From: Chlorobiaceae bacterium
GTDB lineage: Bacteria > Bacteroidota > Chlorobiia > Chlorobiales > Chlorobiaceae
DNA: 64,000 nt
Assembly (NCBI GenBank): GCA_013334435.1
Contig: JAAXXP010000001.1
Location: 24,892 to 88,891, forward strand
Reading direction: 5' to 3'
The notes under the pieces were generated by a model, which was not told the origin of the DNA, did no database searches, and was given only the letters and a program-made list of their open reading frames with translations. Positions 30,498 through 45,933 of the stretch are shown in pieces (the first letter of the stretch is position 1; every line of letters begins with the position of its first letter). A program made the translations under genes and the position numbers.

Positions 30498-31790
30498 ATG
30501 AGCCATAAAATTTCACGCAGGGATTTCAACAAGCTCCTGGTAACGGGAGTCGCCGGTTCCGCCCTCGGTATTTTCGGTACCATAAAGCCGGCATTTGCCG
30601 CACAGAAAAGGGTTGTCATTATCGGTGGCGGTTTTGGCGGTGCTTCGGCTGCCAAATACCTCAGGAAACTGGACCCTTCGATTGCCGTTACGCTTGTCGA
30701 GCCGAAAGCGACCTTCTATACCTGCCCGTTCAGCAACTGGGTGCTGGGAGGTCTGAGAACCATGGCCGATATCGGACAGACCTACACTGCCCTGAAAAGC
30801 AGGCACGGCGTCAATGTTCTGGTCGATTCCGCTACAGGTATCGATGCGGCCAAAGCTACGGTAACCCTGAAAAGTGGCAAGGTGCTTCATTACGACCGCC
30901 TCATCGTTTCACCCGGCATCGACTTCAAATGGAGTGCCATCGAAGGTTATAGCGAGGCTCTTTCGCGCACGAAAATGCCGCATGCCTATGAGGCCGGTTC
31001 CCAGACCATTCTCCTGCACAAACAGCTGCTTGCAATGAAAAACGGCGGCAGGGTCATTATCTGTCCTCCGGGCAACCCGTTCAGATGTCCTCCGGGACCC
31101 TACGAGAGGGCAAGCCTCATTGCTCATTACCTGAAAGCGAAGAAGCCGAAATCGAAAATTCTCATTCTCGATGCCAAAGAAAAGTTCTCCAAGCAGGGGC
31201 TTTTCAAGAAAGGATGGGATACGCTGTATCCCGGCATGATCGAATGGCGTTCAGGCCCGACCGGCGGAAAGGTTACGAAAGTTGACGCTGCTTCCATGAG
31301 CGTAACAACCGATTTCGGAGTGGAAAAGGGTGATGTCATCAATGTCATTCCTCCCCAGCAGGCAGGAAAGATCGCCTTCAAAGCCGGTCTGACCGATGCC
31401 TCCGGATGGTGTCCGGTCAATCCAAGCACCTTTGAATCGACGATTCATCCCGGTATTCATGTTATTGGCGACGCCTGTATCGCCGGCGCCATGCCGAAAT
31501 CGGGTTTTGCCGCCAGCAGTCAGGGCAAGGTTGCTGCCGCTTCGATCATCAGGCTGTTCCAGGGCAAGGAGCCTGCACCGCCCTCTCTGGTCAATACCTG
31601 CTACAGTCTGATCGGAACCGATTACGGTATTTCCGTTGCCGGAGTTTACAGTCTCAGCCCTACCGGCATTATCGAGGTTCCCGGATCCGGAGGACTTACA
31701 CCGATGGATGCCGATGCCGATCATCTCCGCGAGGAGGCGATGTTCGCTGAAGGCTGGTACAGGAACATTGCTCAGGACATCTGGGGATAA
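30498..31790 (+). CDS. fccB: Flavocytochrome c sulfide dehydrogenase, FAD-binding subunit
   Basis: 430 aa with Tat signal [10 protein letters not shown] and FAD fold [17 protein letters not shown]. Confidence 0.9.
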   Translation: MSHKISRRDFNKLLVTGVAGSALGIFGTIKPAFAAQKRVVIIGGGFGGASAAKYLRKLDPSIAVTLVEPKATFYTCPFSNWVLGGLRTMADIGQTYTALKSRHGVNVLVDSATGIDAAKATVTLKSGKVLHYDRLIVSPGIDFKWSAIEGYSEALSRTKMPHAYEAGSQTILLHKQLLAMKNGGRVIICPPGNPFRCPPGPYERASLIAHYLKAKKPKSKILILDAKEKFSKQGLFKKGWDTLYPGMIEWRSGPTGGKVTKVDAASMSVTTDFGVEKGDVINVIPPQQAGKIAFKAGLTDASGWCPVNPSTFESTIHPGIHVIGDACIAGAMPKSGFAASSQGKVAAASIIRLFQGKEPAPPSLVNTCYSLIGTDYGISVAGVYSLSPTGIIEVPGSGGLTPMDADADHLREEAMFAEGWYRNIAQDIWG

Positions 31791-31810
31791 ACGCCCGCAC
31801 TCGATTTGCA

Positions 31811-31837
31811 AAGCCCGGTTTCAGCCGGGCTTTTTTT
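31811..31837 (+). terminator. Rho-independent terminator after fccB
   Basis: AGCCCGG-tttcag-CCGGGCT followed by T7. Confidence 0.85.
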
Positions 31838-31956
31838 ATGGGAATGCGCCGGAGGATGCATGCGCAATCAGCCGGGACCGGGGTTGATTGTTAATCACTA
31901 CCCCGTTTTATATATTGGCTGAATTATTTCCATCGCGTGAAAAGCTTTATTACATA

Positions 31957-33801
31957 ATGAAAAATAAACCATTCAACCTTTTTCTGATTGTTCTGGTAAC
32001 AGCGGTATCTCTCTGGTCACTCTGGCCGACCTGGCGTGATTACTCGTTATCGCAACAGATGGACCGTTTCGCTTCGGCTGAAGACAGCCTGAAATTCAGC
32101 ATCAGCCATCGTGACGAGATTGAAAATGCCCGCAGAAAAAGCCTTAAGCTCGGCCTCGATCTGAAAGGCGGGATGCATCTTGTCATGGAAGTCGACCAGG
32201 TAGATCTGTTCGAGCAGAAAGCATGGAACAAGGATGCCCGTTTCCACGCGATTATGGCGAAAGTAAGGCAGAAAGCCGCGACAAGCGACGCCGGAGTAAT
32301 CGACCTGCTTGCCGCGGAGTTCAGGAAAGAGAATATCCGCCTGAGCCGTTATTTTTACGATATCCGCAACTCGGACAGGGAGATAACCGGCAAGCTCCAG
32401 AAGGAGTCGGAGGATGCGCTCACCAGGGCCAGGGAGATTATCCGTAACCGCATCGATCAGTACGGCGTTGCCGAGCCGGTGATAACCACCCAGGGAACCC
32501 GCCGCATCATCATCGAGCTTGCCGGGGTATCCGATGAAAACCGGGTGAGAAATCTCCTCAAGGGAACTGCAAAGCTGGAATTCAAGCTGCTGCGGGAGCC
32601 TGAAGTGCTGCTCAGGGTGCTTGACAAGCTGAACACGTCACTTGCATCGCAGGGCTCCGTTGCTTCGCCGGCTACCGTTCCCGATACGTCGGGCAGGGCC
32701 GTTCCGGCAGCCGGAACGCTTCTGACGGCACCGCCCAGAACTGCTGCAGCCGCCCGGCCGCTCAATGATGTGCTCACCGTACTGCAGAACGGAAATGTTT
32801 ATGTCTCCGAGGAGTCGAGGGAGTTCGTATCACGGCTGTTCCAGCGCGACGACATCAAGGCGCTGGTTCCGCAGGACAGCGAACTGCTTCTTGCCGCGAA
32901 ACCCGATCAGCTGCCGGATGGACGGAACTACTATTCAGTTTTTCTTGTCAGGAAAACCGCTGAGCTGACAGGAGGCGTCATCACCGAAGCCAAGGCTTCG
33001 TTCAGCGCTGAAGGAGCCCAGCCCGAAGTGCTCATGGAGATGAATTCAGAGGGTACGGCCAAGTGGGCCCGTATAACCGGGGCCAATATCGGCAAGCGGG
33101 TCGCCATTGTGCTGGACGGAGCGGTCTACAGTGCGCCGGTGGTTCAGTCCAAAATTCCGAACGGGAACTCCGTCATCAACGGGATCGGGAGCGTCGATGA
33201 GGCAAAAGATCTTGAGATCGTCCTGAAGGCCGGAGCACTGCCTGCACCGGTGAGGATCATGGAAGAGCGAACCGTGGGGCCGTCGCTGGGAGCCGATTAC
33301 ATCAGGGCAGGCATGCTTTCGATGATGTGGGGCTTCATAGCGGTATCGGTGTTCATGCTGCTCTACTACCGTACCGCAGGTATCGCGGCAGATATGGCTC
33401 TTGTCCTGAACATTCTTGTCGTACTTTCCGTGCTTGCCGGATTCAGCGCCTCGCTCTCGCTGCCGGGTATCGCCGGTATCGTGCTGACCATGGGCATGGC
33501 CGTTGACGCAAATGTGCTGATCAACGAGCGTATACGGGAGGAACTCGCCGAAGGGAAGTCGATCGTTTCGGCTGTGGCTGCAGGTTACGACAAGGCGTTC
33601 TCCTCCATTCTCGATTCGCACGTCACCACCCTCGCTTCGGCATATCTGCTCTACACCTTCGGTATCGGCCCTATCCAGGGGTTTGCCGTTACCCTTATGA
33701 TCGGTACGGCGGCAAGCCTCTTTACCGCGGTGGTGGTAACAAAGGAGATTTTCACGTTCATGATTTCGAAAAACATACTTACAGACAAGAGCTTCGGTTA
33801 A
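31957..33801 (+). CDS. secD: Protein translocase subunit SecD
   Basis: Start at [14 protein letters not shown] (ORF maximum 31888). Large periplasmic domain and C-terminal 6-TM bundle. Followed by secF. Confidence 0.92.
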   Translation: MKNKPFNLFLIVLVTAVSLWSLWPTWRDYSLSQQMDRFASAEDSLKFSISHRDEIENARRKSLKLGLDLKGGMHLVMEVDQVDLFEQKAWNKDARFHAIMAKVRQKAATSDAGVIDLLAAEFRKENIRLSRYFYDIRNSDREITGKLQKESEDALTRAREIIRNRIDQYGVAEPVITTQGTRRIIIELAGVSDENRVRNLLKGTAKLEFKLLREPEVLLRVLDKLNTSLASQGSVASPATVPDTSGRAVPAAGTLLTAPPRTAAAARPLNDVLTVLQNGNVYVSEESREFVSRLFQRDDIKALVPQDSELLLAAKPDQLPDGRNYYSVFLVRKTAELTGGVITEAKASFSAEGAQPEVLMEMNSEGTAKWARITGANIGKRVAIVLDGAVYSAPVVQSKIPNGNSVINGIGSVDEAKDLEIVLKAGALPAPVRIMEERTVGPSLGADYIRAGMLSMMWGFIAVSVFMLLYYRTAGIAADMALVLNILVVLSVLAGFSASLSLPGIAGIVLTMGMAVDANVLINERIREELAEGKSIVSAVAAGYDKAFSSILDSHVTTLASAYLLYTFGIGPIQGFAVTLMIGTAASLFTAVVVTKEIFTFMISKNILTDKSFG

Positions 33802-33822
33802 TCATTCAATGAGACACAAGCC

Positions 33823-34758
33823 ATGAGGATTTTTCATAAGACCAGTTTTGATTTTATCAAATACCGCAAGATCGCATACGCTATTTCCATTATTCTTCTG
33901 CTTTCAGGCATGGTTTCCCTCGCATTCAGGGGGCTGAACTACGGCATCGATTTCAGGGGGGGTTCAGAGGTGGTGATTCGCTTCGAGAAGAACGTGGATG
34001 TCGGAAGCGTGCGCGCCGCACTCAAGGATGCCGGGGTTTCCGGAACGCTGAAACAGTACGGTATCGACCGCTCGTTTCTGCTCAGTACGGTGTTCAGCGG
34101 CCAGACCAATGAACTGAAATCACTGGTTTCCAATGCTTTCAAAAACCGGTTTCCGGAAAACAGCAACGAAATCGTGCGTATCGATTCTGTAGGTCCGAGC
34201 ATCGCCTCCGACCTGAAATGGTCCGCGCTCAAGGCATTGCTCGGAGCTCTGGCCGCCATTCTGCTCTATGTCGGCGTCCGTTATGAGCTGAAATTCGCAG
34301 CTGCCGGAGTTGTCGCTATTTTTCACGACGTGCTTACGGTGCTTGGTATGTTCAGCATTCTCGGAGGGCTTTTCGCATTCATGCCCCTGGAAATAGACCA
34401 GAGCGTCATTGCGGCATTTCTTACCGTTGCCGGGTATTCCATTACCGATACCGTGGTGGTGTACGACCGCATCAGGGAGCGGATACGGGGGAAGAAGCCG
34501 TCGGAATACGAAGCCATTTTCAATGAAAGCATGAACCAGACGCTCAGCCGGACCATCATTACCGGAGGAACGACACTGCTCAGTGTGCTGATTCTCTTCA
34601 TTTTCGCCGGTCCGGCAATCAGGGGTTTCGCTTTTGCCGTTTTCTCAGGCATCCTTATCGGAACCTACTCATCCATTTTTGTTGCCGCACCGCTGGTCTA
34701 TGACTGGCTGCGGATGACAAAGTCGTCGGTAAAGCTCAGGGGCGGCAGTGCGGCATAG
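33823..34758 (+). CDS. secF: Protein translocase subunit SecF
   Basis: 311 aa with the SecF pattern (GIDFRGG, YDRIRE). Confidence 0.92.
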   Translation: MRIFHKTSFDFIKYRKIAYAISIILLLSGMVSLAFRGLNYGIDFRGGSEVVIRFEKNVDVGSVRAALKDAGVSGTLKQYGIDRSFLLSTVFSGQTNELKSLVSNAFKNRFPENSNEIVRIDSVGPSIASDLKWSALKALLGALAAILLYVGVRYELKFAAAGVVAIFHDVLTVLGMFSILGGLFAFMPLEIDQSVIAAFLTVAGYSITDTVVVYDRIRERIRGKKPSEYEAIFNESMNQTLSRTIITGGTTLLSVLILFIFAGPAIRGFAFAVFSGILIGTYSSIFVAAPLVYDWLRMTKSSVKLRGGSAA

Positions 34759-34799
34759 GATGCGGGAGAGTGTAACAAAACAATATCAAGCAAGGAGTT

Positions 34800-38102
<3,303 letters not shown>

Positions 38103-38138
38103 TTAGCGGATTAGCGCTATCGGTGCATGCTCAGGGAC

Positions 38139-38528
38139 TTACCGGATTTCATCCCAGAATGCGTCCGTGAAGTGCTCGATGGTGAACGACGCGATTCGGT
38201 CGCCGGACATGCTGTCGGCAAGAATTGCAATCACGTCGAACCTGCAGTCGGGTTCACGGTTTTCAAGGGTGAGCAGGTAGGCTCTGGCCGCCTTGATGAT
38301 CTCCTTCTGTTTCTGCGGGGTGACCGATTCCACCGGGTGCCCCTTTTCGAGGGAGCCTCTGGTTTTCACCTCGATAAAACAGAGCGTGCGGCCGTCGAGG
38401 GCTATAAGGTCGATCTCGTTGCGGCGATACCGGAAATTCCGGACGACAACCCGGTATCCTTTTGATGCGAGATACTCCGCTGCAAGCTGTTCCCCCTGCC
38501 TGCCAAGCGAATGCGGGTCGTGATCCAT
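38139..38528 (-). CDS. YraN-family (UPF0102) endonuclease-like protein
   Basis: 129 aa. EQLAAEYL...[10 protein letters not shown]...FIEVKTR. Confidence 0.8.
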   Translation of the reverse strand: MDHDPHSLGRQGEQLAAEYLASKGYRVVVRNFRYRRNEIDLIALDGRTLCFIEVKTRGSLEKGHPVESVTPQKQKEIIKAARAYLLTLENREPDCRFDVIAILADSMSGDRIASFTIEHFTDAFWDEIR

Positions 38529-38540
38529 GCGCTCTCTCCT

Positions 38541-39158
38541 CTACTTTTCTCCGAGCTGTTTGAGCCGGAAGCTGTTCCGGTGAATGGGGCATCTGCCGTA
38601 TCGGGCAATCGCCCGGATGTGCTCCCCGGTCGGGTAACCGAAATGACGCTCGAAACCGTACCGGGGATACGTTCCGGCATAAGCCTTCATGACGGAGTCC
38701 CTTGATGTTTTGGCAAGCACCGAGGCGGCTGCAATCGAGAATACCTTCGAGTCGCCCTTCACGATGGTTTCATAGGGTACGGGCAGGAGCGGTCTGAACC
38801 GGTTGCCGTCGACAAGCAGCAGTTCGGGAGGCTCGGGCAGCGCCGCCACGGCGTTGTTCATGGCCAGCATTGTTGCCTGGAAGATGTTCAGGCGGTCGAT
38901 CGTGTCAGGCTCAACTGCGGCGACCGCCCAGAAGAGTGCGGCTTCCTTTACGGCAGGAGCAAGTTTTTCGCGGAGTTCCGGAGAGAGCTTTTTCGAGTCG
39001 TTGATCGCCGCAAGCGGCCCGTTATCAGGACTGAACCAGCGGGGAAAGACCACGGCTGCAGCCACAACCGGTCCGGCAAGCGGCCCTCTTCCTGCCTCGT
39101 CGATGCCGCAGACGAGCGACGTGTCTTGCCAGATCGGATATTCGTAATCGGTGTTCAT
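38541..39158 (-). CDS. rnhB: Ribonuclease HII
   Basis: [15 protein letters not shown] and DSKKLS. Start set at [10 protein letters not shown] (ORF maximum 39263). Confidence 0.9.
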   Translation of the reverse strand: MNTDYEYPIWQDTSLVCGIDEAGRGPLAGPVVAAAVVFPRWFSPDNGPLAAINDSKKLSPELREKLAPAVKEAALFWAVAAVEPDTIDRLNIFQATMLAMNNAVAALPEPPELLLVDGNRFRPLLPVPYETIVKGDSKVFSIAAASVLAKTSRDSVMKAYAGTYPRYGFERHFGYPTGEHIRAIARYGRCPIHRNSFRLKQLGEK

Positions 39159-39598
39159 GTTCTTCTTTTTTCCAGGGGGGGCCTGCGTCATTATCCCGTA
39201 ATATAGCCGAATCTCCGGTAATAAAGCGGGAGGCGGCTTCCTTTCCGTCCGGCCGCAGGGCATGTTGCTGTTTCCTGTTATAATTTCTTATCTTGACCGT
39301 TGGCCTGCAAGCCGGTTATCCTGCCTGTGCGGCTTTCGGTTCGCATGCCTGAAGCCGCAGCCGACAGTGACCGGCCCTTCCGTTTCCGTACTCCGGATTG
39401 CATCAATCGCCTTTTGTTTCGATAGAGAACGGAACGCGCCATCCGGAACCTTTGTCCTTACCGGGCGAGTTGTGACAGGGGGGGATTCCGTCAGGCAACG
39501 AACATCGATGCAGCCTTCGGTTTCCGGGGCTGCAATGGAATGGGAACAATTATAAAAGGGGGTTTCCCCGGTTACTACCATTATAAAAGAGTTTTCAG

Positions 39599-41299
39599 AT
39601 GAAGAAGAGTATGAACAAACAGCTCCTCATGAACAAGATCGGCGATGAGATACAGGTTGCGCTTGTCGAAGAGGGCCGCCTTGCAGAGTTGACGATCGAG
39701 CGTCCCGAAAGTCGCCGGAGTATCGGCGATATCTATCTCGGACGGGTGCACAAGGTTGTTGAAGGCCTGAAGGCCGCATTTGTCGATATCGGCCAGAAAT
39801 CCGACGGGTTTCTGCATTTTTCCGATGTAGGCACCACCAGCGAGGATTACCGCGCGCTCATTGAAGATGACGACGACGATGAAGCCGGTGTGGGAGAGGA
39901 CGGTGAAGGCGAAGGTGGCGAAATGCCCGAAATCGCCGACGCTCCGGAACCCTCCGTGGTATCGGCGCCGGTAAGGCCACAGCAGCGTAATGGCGGGCGG
40001 AAGGTGCAGGCAACCGAAGAGGAAAAGGCTGAAAAACGGCAGTCCTATACCCAGATGATAGCAGGCAAGCTCAAGCCAAACGACTCGATTCTTGTTCAGG
40101 TTATCAAGGAGCCGATCAGCAGCAAGGGCTCCCGTCTTACCTCCGATATCACCATAGCCGGACGCTTTATGGTGCTTCTGCCGTTCGGCGGAGGCCAGGT
40201 TGCCGTTTCTCGCCGGGTTGTGGTCCGCAAGGAGCGGGCCCGCCTGAAAAAGCTTGTGCGCTCGATGCTTCCCGAAGGTTTCGGCGCCATCATCCGCACC
40301 GTGGCCGAGCATCAGGAGGAGTCGCTTCTCAAGCAGGATCTGGAGAAGCTGCTCGCCAAATGGGTGCAGATCGAGGAGAAACTCAAGGATGCCGCTCCGC
40401 CGCAGCTGATTTTCAAGGAAGATACCATTATCTCCAGCGTACTGCGCGACTCGCTCACCTCCGACGTGACCGAAATCGTTGCCAACTCCCCTGTCATCTA
40501 CAAGGAGACCCTCAACTATATCCAGTGGGCGGCTCCGGAAATGGAAAAGAATGTCTCCCTCTATCAGGGCAAACTGCCTCTTTTCGAGGGCTACAACATT
40601 GCCAAGGATGTCGAATCCATCTTTTCACGCAAAGTCTGGCTGAAATCCGGAGGATACATCATCATCGAGCATACCGAAGCCATGGTTGTGGTCGACGTCA
40701 ACAGCGGGCGATATGCCGCCAAGCGCGAGCAGGAGGAGAACTCCCTGAAAACCAACCTCGAAGCTGCGCGCGAGATTGTCCGCCAGCTCAGGCTGCGTGA
40801 CATAGGCGGAATCATCGTGGTCGATTTCATCGACATGCTCGACCCGAAAAACTCCAAAAAAGTTTACGATGCCATGAAGACGGAGCTTCGCAACGACCGG
40901 GCGAAATCGAACATCCTTCCGATGTCCGATTTCGGCATCATGCAGATCACCCGGGAGCGCATCCGTCCGAGCCTCATGCAGCGCATGGGCGACCAGTGTC
41001 CGGCATGCGGCGGCACAGGGGTCGTGCAGGCGCGCTTCACCACCATCAACCAGGTCGAACGGTGGCTGCGCAAATACGCCCTGCAGCAGTCCATGAAATT
41101 CCAGCAGCTCGATCTTTACGTAAGCCCCACTGTTGCCGAACCGCTGAAGAATACCGAGATGAAAACCGAACTGAAATGGTTTCTCCAGCACATGGTTTTT
41201 GTCCGGGTCAAACAGGACGAAAGCCTGCGCAGTGACGATTTCCGGTTCTACAGCCGAAAGAACAATAAAGATATTACCGCCGAATACGGCGATCTCTAA
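39599..41299 (+). CDS. rng: Rne/Rng-family ribonuclease (RNase G/E catalytic domain only)
   Basis: 566 aa with an S1 domain ([21 protein letters not shown]), DNase-I-like core (VVDVNSG) and Zn-link CPACGGTG. Confidence 0.88.
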   Translation: MKKSMNKQLLMNKIGDEIQVALVEEGRLAELTIERPESRRSIGDIYLGRVHKVVEGLKAAFVDIGQKSDGFLHFSDVGTTSEDYRALIEDDDDDEAGVGEDGEGEGGEMPEIADAPEPSVVSAPVRPQQRNGGRKVQATEEEKAEKRQSYTQMIAGKLKPNDSILVQVIKEPISSKGSRLTSDITIAGRFMVLLPFGGGQVAVSRRVVVRKERARLKKLVRSMLPEGFGAIIRTVAEHQEESLLKQDLEKLLAKWVQIEEKLKDAAPPQLIFKEDTIISSVLRDSLTSDVTEIVANSPVIYKETLNYIQWAAPEMEKNVSLYQGKLPLFEGYNIAKDVESIFSRKVWLKSGGYIIIEHTEAMVVVDVNSGRYAAKREQEENSLKTNLEAAREIVRQLRLRDIGGIIVVDFIDMLDPKNSKKVYDAMKTELRNDRAKSNILPMSDFGIMQITRERIRPSLMQRMGDQCPACGGTGVVQARFTTINQVERWLRKYALQQSMKFQQLDLYVSPTVAEPLKNTEMKTELKWFLQHMVFVRVKQDESLRSDDFRFYSRKNNKDITAEYGDL

Positions 41300-41317
41300 C
41301 TTACCGTACCCGTTGCC

Positions 41318-42184
41318 ATGTCATCATCACACGAATCGTTGAAGAAGGATATTCTCTCACTCTCATCCGCAGGTTCTGCAGAGCTTGCAGCGAACTCCGA
41401 CGCCCGGCGGATTTTCATGGAATTCAAGCAACTGCTCAATGACGGCGCCGTCAGGGCAGCCGAAAAAACAGACGGAGTATGGGTTGTGAACTCGTGGGTC
41501 AAACAGGGGATTCTGATCGGTATGCGTCTCGGCAGGCTGATCGAAGCCACGGTGGCTCCAGACGGCAACCTCGGCGATTTTTCCTTTATCGACAAGGATA
41601 CCTGGCCTCTGAAAACGATTACCCTCGAGCATAACGTGCGTATTGTCCCCGGCGGTTCGTCCGTTCGTGACGGCGCCTATCTGGCACCCTCGGTCGTGAT
41701 GATGCCCCCCGCTTACGTCAATGTCGGCGCCTATGTCGATGCCGGCACCATGATCGACTCCCACGCTCTTGTCGGCAGCTGCGCACAGGTCGGCAGAAAC
41801 GTGCATCTCTCGGCCGGCGTTCAGGTCGGGGGTGTGCTTGAGCCGGTAGGCGCCATGCCGGTCATCATCGAGGATGATGTCATGGTTGGAGGCAACTGCG
41901 GCATCTACGAAGGCACCATTGTGCAGGATCGGGCCGTTATCGGTACCGGAGTGATCCTGAACGGATCGACTCCGGTTTACGATCTTGTCAACGGAACCAT
42001 CCACCGCAAAAGCGCGGAAGGTCCGCTGGTGATCCCCGCGGGAGCGGTCGTTGTGGCGGGATCGAGAAAGATCAGGGGCGAATTCGCAGCGGAACACGGC
42101 CTTTCGCTCTACACGCCGGTTATCGTAAAATACCGCGACGAAAGGACCGACAGCGCCACTGCGCTCGAACAGGCGCTGCGTTAG
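41318..42184 (+). CDS. dapD: 2,3,4,5-tetrahydropyridine-2,6-dicarboxylate N-succinyltransferase
   Basis: 288 aa with left-handed beta-helix hexapeptide repeats and a DapD-type N-domain. Confidence 0.85.
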   Translation: MSSSHESLKKDILSLSSAGSAELAANSDARRIFMEFKQLLNDGAVRAAEKTDGVWVVNSWVKQGILIGMRLGRLIEATVAPDGNLGDFSFIDKDTWPLKTITLEHNVRIVPGGSSVRDGAYLAPSVVMMPPAYVNVGAYVDAGTMIDSHALVGSCAQVGRNVHLSAGVQVGGVLEPVGAMPVIIEDDVMVGGNCGIYEGTIVQDRAVIGTGVILNGSTPVYDLVNGTIHRKSAEGPLVIPAGAVVVAGSRKIRGEFAAEHGLSLYTPVIVKYRDERTDSATALEQALR

Positions 42185-42315
42185 CAGGTATCGGAGGAAG
42201 AACAGTTCCGGCATATCCCGTGCCGGGCTGCTCCCGGGAGTCCTTCAGGCGGAAGCGGGGCAGGCAGGCTGTGAGGACTGAAGGAGAAAAGGTCGATCAA
42301 TAAAGATACCGGTTC

Positions 42316-44013
42316 ATGAAAACTCCATCACTCTGTAAACGGGCCTTCGCCGGACTGGCGACGGTACTCCTTTTCAGCTTTGTTCCGGCAGCTCCCCTTT
42401 CGGGGGGTTCCCGGATAGAGCCGGACAGCGAGTTCCGGGAAATAGCCAGAGGAATCGATCTTTTCGGCGACATCTACCGTGAGCTTTCTGCGAACTATGT
42501 CGAGCCTCTCGACGTCAGCGCCCTGATGTATGCCGCTATCGACGGCATGCTGGCGGCTCTCGACCCCTACACGGTTTTTCTCGATGAGAGTCAGTCGGAG
42601 GAGCTTGGCGAACTTACCAGCGGCCAGTATACCGGCATCGGAATCAGCATGGCCCGGTTCAGCGGTAAAATCTATGTGACCTCGGTGCTCGACGGCTACC
42701 CCGCCGGAAAAGCCGGTATCAGGACCGGCGACAGGATAGTGCAGATCAACAGCCGTCCGGTGCGGGGAAAAACCCTCGATGAGATCAGGGAGATGATCAA
42801 GGGAACCTCGGGAACCAGCCTTACCATGAAGATCGAACGGGAGGGAGGGCGTTCGCCGGGCGTCCTGTCGCTTTCCAGAGAGGAGGTCCGTGTCAGCACG
42901 GTCTCCTATGCGGGCATTATCGGCAGAACCGGTTATATCGAGCTTGGAAGTTTTACCAGCCACTCCACCGAAGACATTCGTCAGGCCGTGGAAAAACTGC
43001 TGCGTCAGGCCTCCGGCGACCGGCAGCCGATGAACGGGCTTGTTTTCGATCTGCGGGGCAATCCAGGCGGCCTGCTCACCGCAGCCGTCGAAATCTCTTC
43101 GCTGTTCGTGGAGAAAGGAAGTACCGTCGTCACCATTCGGGGCCGGACGCCCGAATCGGAAAAAATCTATAAAACGGAACAGCTTCCGCTTGCCGCCGGG
43201 CTTCCGCTCGCCGTGCTTATCAACCGGGAGAGCGCTTCCGCCGCCGAAATCGTGTCGGGAGCCATACAGGACCTCGACAGGGGCGTTGTGCTCGGGGAGC
43301 GCTCCTACGGCAAGGGACTGGTGCAGTCGGTGGTCAGGCTGCCGTACGACAACACCCTCAAGCTGACTACCGCAAAATACTATACGCCCTCGGGTCGTCT
43401 GATCCAGAAGTCACGCAGCGACAGCGCTTCGGTACGCGACGTTCTCAGGAAAAACCACGACCCTAAAGCGTTGCCGGTCTATTACACCACAGGAAAACGC
43501 AAGGTCTACGGCGGGGGGGGGATAGCGCCCGATGTCACGGTGCAGGGCGTCGAGCGCTCCGAATATGAACAGGAACTCCGCAGCAAAGGCCTGATCTTTC
43601 TGTTTGCCGCACACTACCGGGCACAGCACCCCGCAGCGCCCGACAAGCCGATCGGGCAGGCGGCGCTCATGGAGGCTTTTGCCGGGTTTCTCCGGCAGGA
43701 GAAGTTTTCCTTCACTTCCGCTCCCGAACGCAGGCTCGGTGAGCTGGAAGAGAGTATCCGCACCGAACAGGCTGGAAGCGGCATCGGCGCTCCGAAAAGC
43801 ATCGAAGGGCTGAAACTCGAACTTGCGGATCTGAAGCGGAAAAAAATCGAAGGGGAATCAGGGCGGGTGGCCCGGCTGCTCGAACTTGAAATCATGCGCC
43901 ACTACAACGAAACCGAATCCCGCAAGGCCGAACTTTCGGATGATCCTGTTTTTCAGAGAGCGCTCACCCTGCTTGCCGATCCGAAAGCGTATTCACGAAT
44001 GCTCAGGCCCTGA
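42316..44013 (+). CDS. S41 carboxyl-terminal processing peptidase
   Basis: 565 aa with a signal peptide, PDZ domain (GDRIVQINS), catalytic Ser region RESASAAEI and Lys region YGKGLVQ. Confidence 0.88.
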   Translation: MKTPSLCKRAFAGLATVLLFSFVPAAPLSGGSRIEPDSEFREIARGIDLFGDIYRELSANYVEPLDVSALMYAAIDGMLAALDPYTVFLDESQSEELGELTSGQYTGIGISMARFSGKIYVTSVLDGYPAGKAGIRTGDRIVQINSRPVRGKTLDEIREMIKGTSGTSLTMKIEREGGRSPGVLSLSREEVRVSTVSYAGIIGRTGYIELGSFTSHSTEDIRQAVEKLLRQASGDRQPMNGLVFDLRGNPGGLLTAAVEISSLFVEKGSTVVTIRGRTPESEKIYKTEQLPLAAGLPLAVLINRESASAAEIVSGAIQDLDRGVVLGERSYGKGLVQSVVRLPYDNTLKLTTAKYYTPSGRLIQKSRSDSASVRDVLRKNHDPKALPVYYTTGKRKVYGGGGIAPDVTVQGVERSEYEQELRSKGLIFLFAAHYRAQHPAAPDKPIGQAALMEAFAGFLRQEKFSFTSAPERRLGELEESIRTEQAGSGIGAPKSIEGLKLELADLKRKKIEGESGRVARLLELEIMRHYNETESRKAELSDDPVFQRALTLLADPKAYSRMLRP

Positions 44014-44706
44014 AAGGGTTCTCATCCGCGCCTCGTACCATCTGGTCTGCCGGTGGATGCCGAGCACGATCATGAGGTTGCTGACGGTGAGCAGGCTCTC
44101 AGCCGAGCCGTGCAGCAGGTCGTCATGCGAAAGCGAATGGAATCCCCGCACCTCGGTGGCAAGGAACATGAAGAAGACGGTTACGGCAATAAACACGAGA
44201 ACGAACCAGAACCCGGCTATCGTCAGTCCTGAAAATACCGAAGGGTCCTTCCTGCGAACCATGATCATCGCGACGAGAAAGGAGATGTAGACCACACTTG
44301 AAATCTGCAGAATCGCGTCGAAAATATCGTCGCCCATATAGGACTGGGGTTTGCCTGCAATCATGACGGCGCCAATGCAGCCAACGACGCCAGATGCCGG
44401 TGATGGCACGCTCCGTTTGAGAATCCGCAGCGTCGCCCAGAGCATCGAGATGCTGCCCAGCAGGTTGATGGTTTCCGAAAGATCCAGCAGCAGCGGGATG
44501 CTGTCCGTGGTGATGTGGTAGGCGAGCACGAAAAAGCTTCCGAACCAGTGAGGCAGCATCGACAGTCCGAAAAACCGGATATCCGCACGGCCGGTGATCC
44601 GTCCGTACCGGTACATCATGAGTGCCGCCATGCCCCATTCCAGTGAGGATGAAAGATGGATGAACCAGTTCGGCAGCGAGAGCAGCCCCAGCCAGGCATG
44701 GCCCAT
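43993..44706 (-). CDS. Multi-pass membrane protein, Ycf49-like (DUF2499, possibly with a DUF3593-like second half)
   Basis: 237 aa. N-terminal LSLPNWFIHLSSSLEWGMAALMMYRYG resembles the cyanobacterial/plastid Ycf49 (DUF2499) signature as I recall it. Family assignment is from memory only. Confidence 0.5.
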   Translation of the reverse strand: MGHAWLGLLSLPNWFIHLSSSLEWGMAALMMYRYGRITGRADIRFFGLSMLPHWFGSFFVLAYHITTDSIPLLLDLSETINLLGSISMLWATLRILKRSVPSPASGVVGCIGAVMIAGKPQSYMGDDIFDAILQISSVVYISFLVAMIMVRRKDPSVFSGLTIAGFWFVLVFIAVTVFFMFLATEVRGFHSLSHDDLLHGSAESLLTVSNLMIVLGIHRQTRWYEARMRTLSGPEHS

Positions 44707-44758
44707 AGGCGTGATCGGTTAAGGTCTATAATGATGATGCAGGCGGCTTTCCCGAAGG

Positions 44759-45901
44759 TCAGCTTCCCTTTATCAGGTGATAGATGTTTTTGGAAAAGAT
44801 TTTCATCTGTGTCGACCAGGGAGCAGGGACCATTTTTTTATAGAGATAGGAATCGAAGGTGATCTGCTGTACGTCGTCGTCGGCGCATATGGCAACAAAG
44901 CTCTCCCTCAGGCGGTCATTTCGGTAATAGACGGCCTGCAGCACCTCCAGACCGAAAAAAATCGGGGCATAGAGCCTGCGGAACCCTGTCTCGTAGTTCG
45001 AGAGCGGAGCGCCCTGTTTGATGTGCCCGATCATGGCCTCTGCCCCAAGCTTCCCGGAACGCATGGCAAAAAAAATCCCCTCGCCGTTTGCCGGCGTGAC
45101 GAGCCCTGCAGCATCCCCGACAAGAATGGCTTTCTCTCCCGAAAACGATTTGCGGGGCTTCATGGGTATTTTCGCCGCCTCATCAAGATAGGGCTGGTCG
45201 GCGATCCCGATCTTTTCGACGAACCGTTTCTGCAGCGCCTTGATGTTGTGCCGGTTATCCTCCGTTCCGGTTCCGATGGCCAGGTGGTCGGCCTTGGGAA
45301 AAATCCATCCGTAAAAATCGGGAGAAACCTCCCCGTCGAACCAGATTTCCACGATATCGCTGAACTGCTCGATGGCAGGCGTGTATCTGAAGCGCTGCTG
45401 CATGGCGATCACCTTGAGCTCGTTTGGCGGAAAGCCCAGCTCATCTGCGGTTTTCGAGTTCGCTCCGTCAGCCCCGATGATATAGCGGGCCTCCACAGGA
45501 GCAGCCTTGTCGTTGAGGGTGGAGATGAGAAATCCGTCTCCCGAGGGCCTGATCGATTTCATCAGGGCTTCGACGACGGTGGCTCCGGCACGGGCGGCTT
45601 CGGCCCGCAGATGGCGATCGAATCTCTCCCGGCGCACCATGCCGACATAGCCGTTCGGCATATTCATTTCGATGATCCGTCCTTTCGGAGATCGGGCCCG
45701 CATATGGGAGAGCTTTTTTTCAACCAGTTCGGGGGGAATGGCGAACTCTTCGATAAGTCCCAGCGGAATGGCGCCGCCGCAGGGTTTCACATTCTCCAGA
45801 TTCCGTTCGAAGAGAACCGTCGAAATTCCGGCTCTGGCAAGCTCGGCGGCAGCAACGGCGCCTGAGGGTCCTCCTCCTATGACAGCAACATCGTAACGCA
45901 T
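44759..45901 (-). CDS. bchP: Geranylgeranyl reductase (bacteriochlorophyll/chlorophyll tail reduction)
   Basis: 380 aa with FAD motif [15 protein letters not shown] and the ChlP/BchP-type pattern [11 protein letters not shown]. Confidence 0.88.
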   Translation of the reverse strand: MRYDVAVIGGGPSGAVAAAELARAGISTVLFERNLENVKPCGGAIPLGLIEEFAIPPELVEKKLSHMRARSPKGRIIEMNMPNGYVGMVRRERFDRHLRAEAARAGATVVEALMKSIRPSGDGFLISTLNDKAAPVEARYIIGADGANSKTADELGFPPNELKVIAMQQRFRYTPAIEQFSDIVEIWFDGEVSPDFYGWIFPKADHLAIGTGTEDNRHNIKALQKRFVEKIGIADQPYLDEAAKIPMKPRKSFSGEKAILVGDAAGLVTPANGEGIFFAMRSGKLGAEAMIGHIKQGAPLSNYETGFRRLYAPIFFGLEVLQAVYYRNDRLRESFVAICADDDVQQITFDSYLYKKMVPAPWSTQMKIFSKNIYHLIKGS

Positions 45902-45933
45902 GATTTCGGAACGGGATTGGTTGACAGGGTTTT

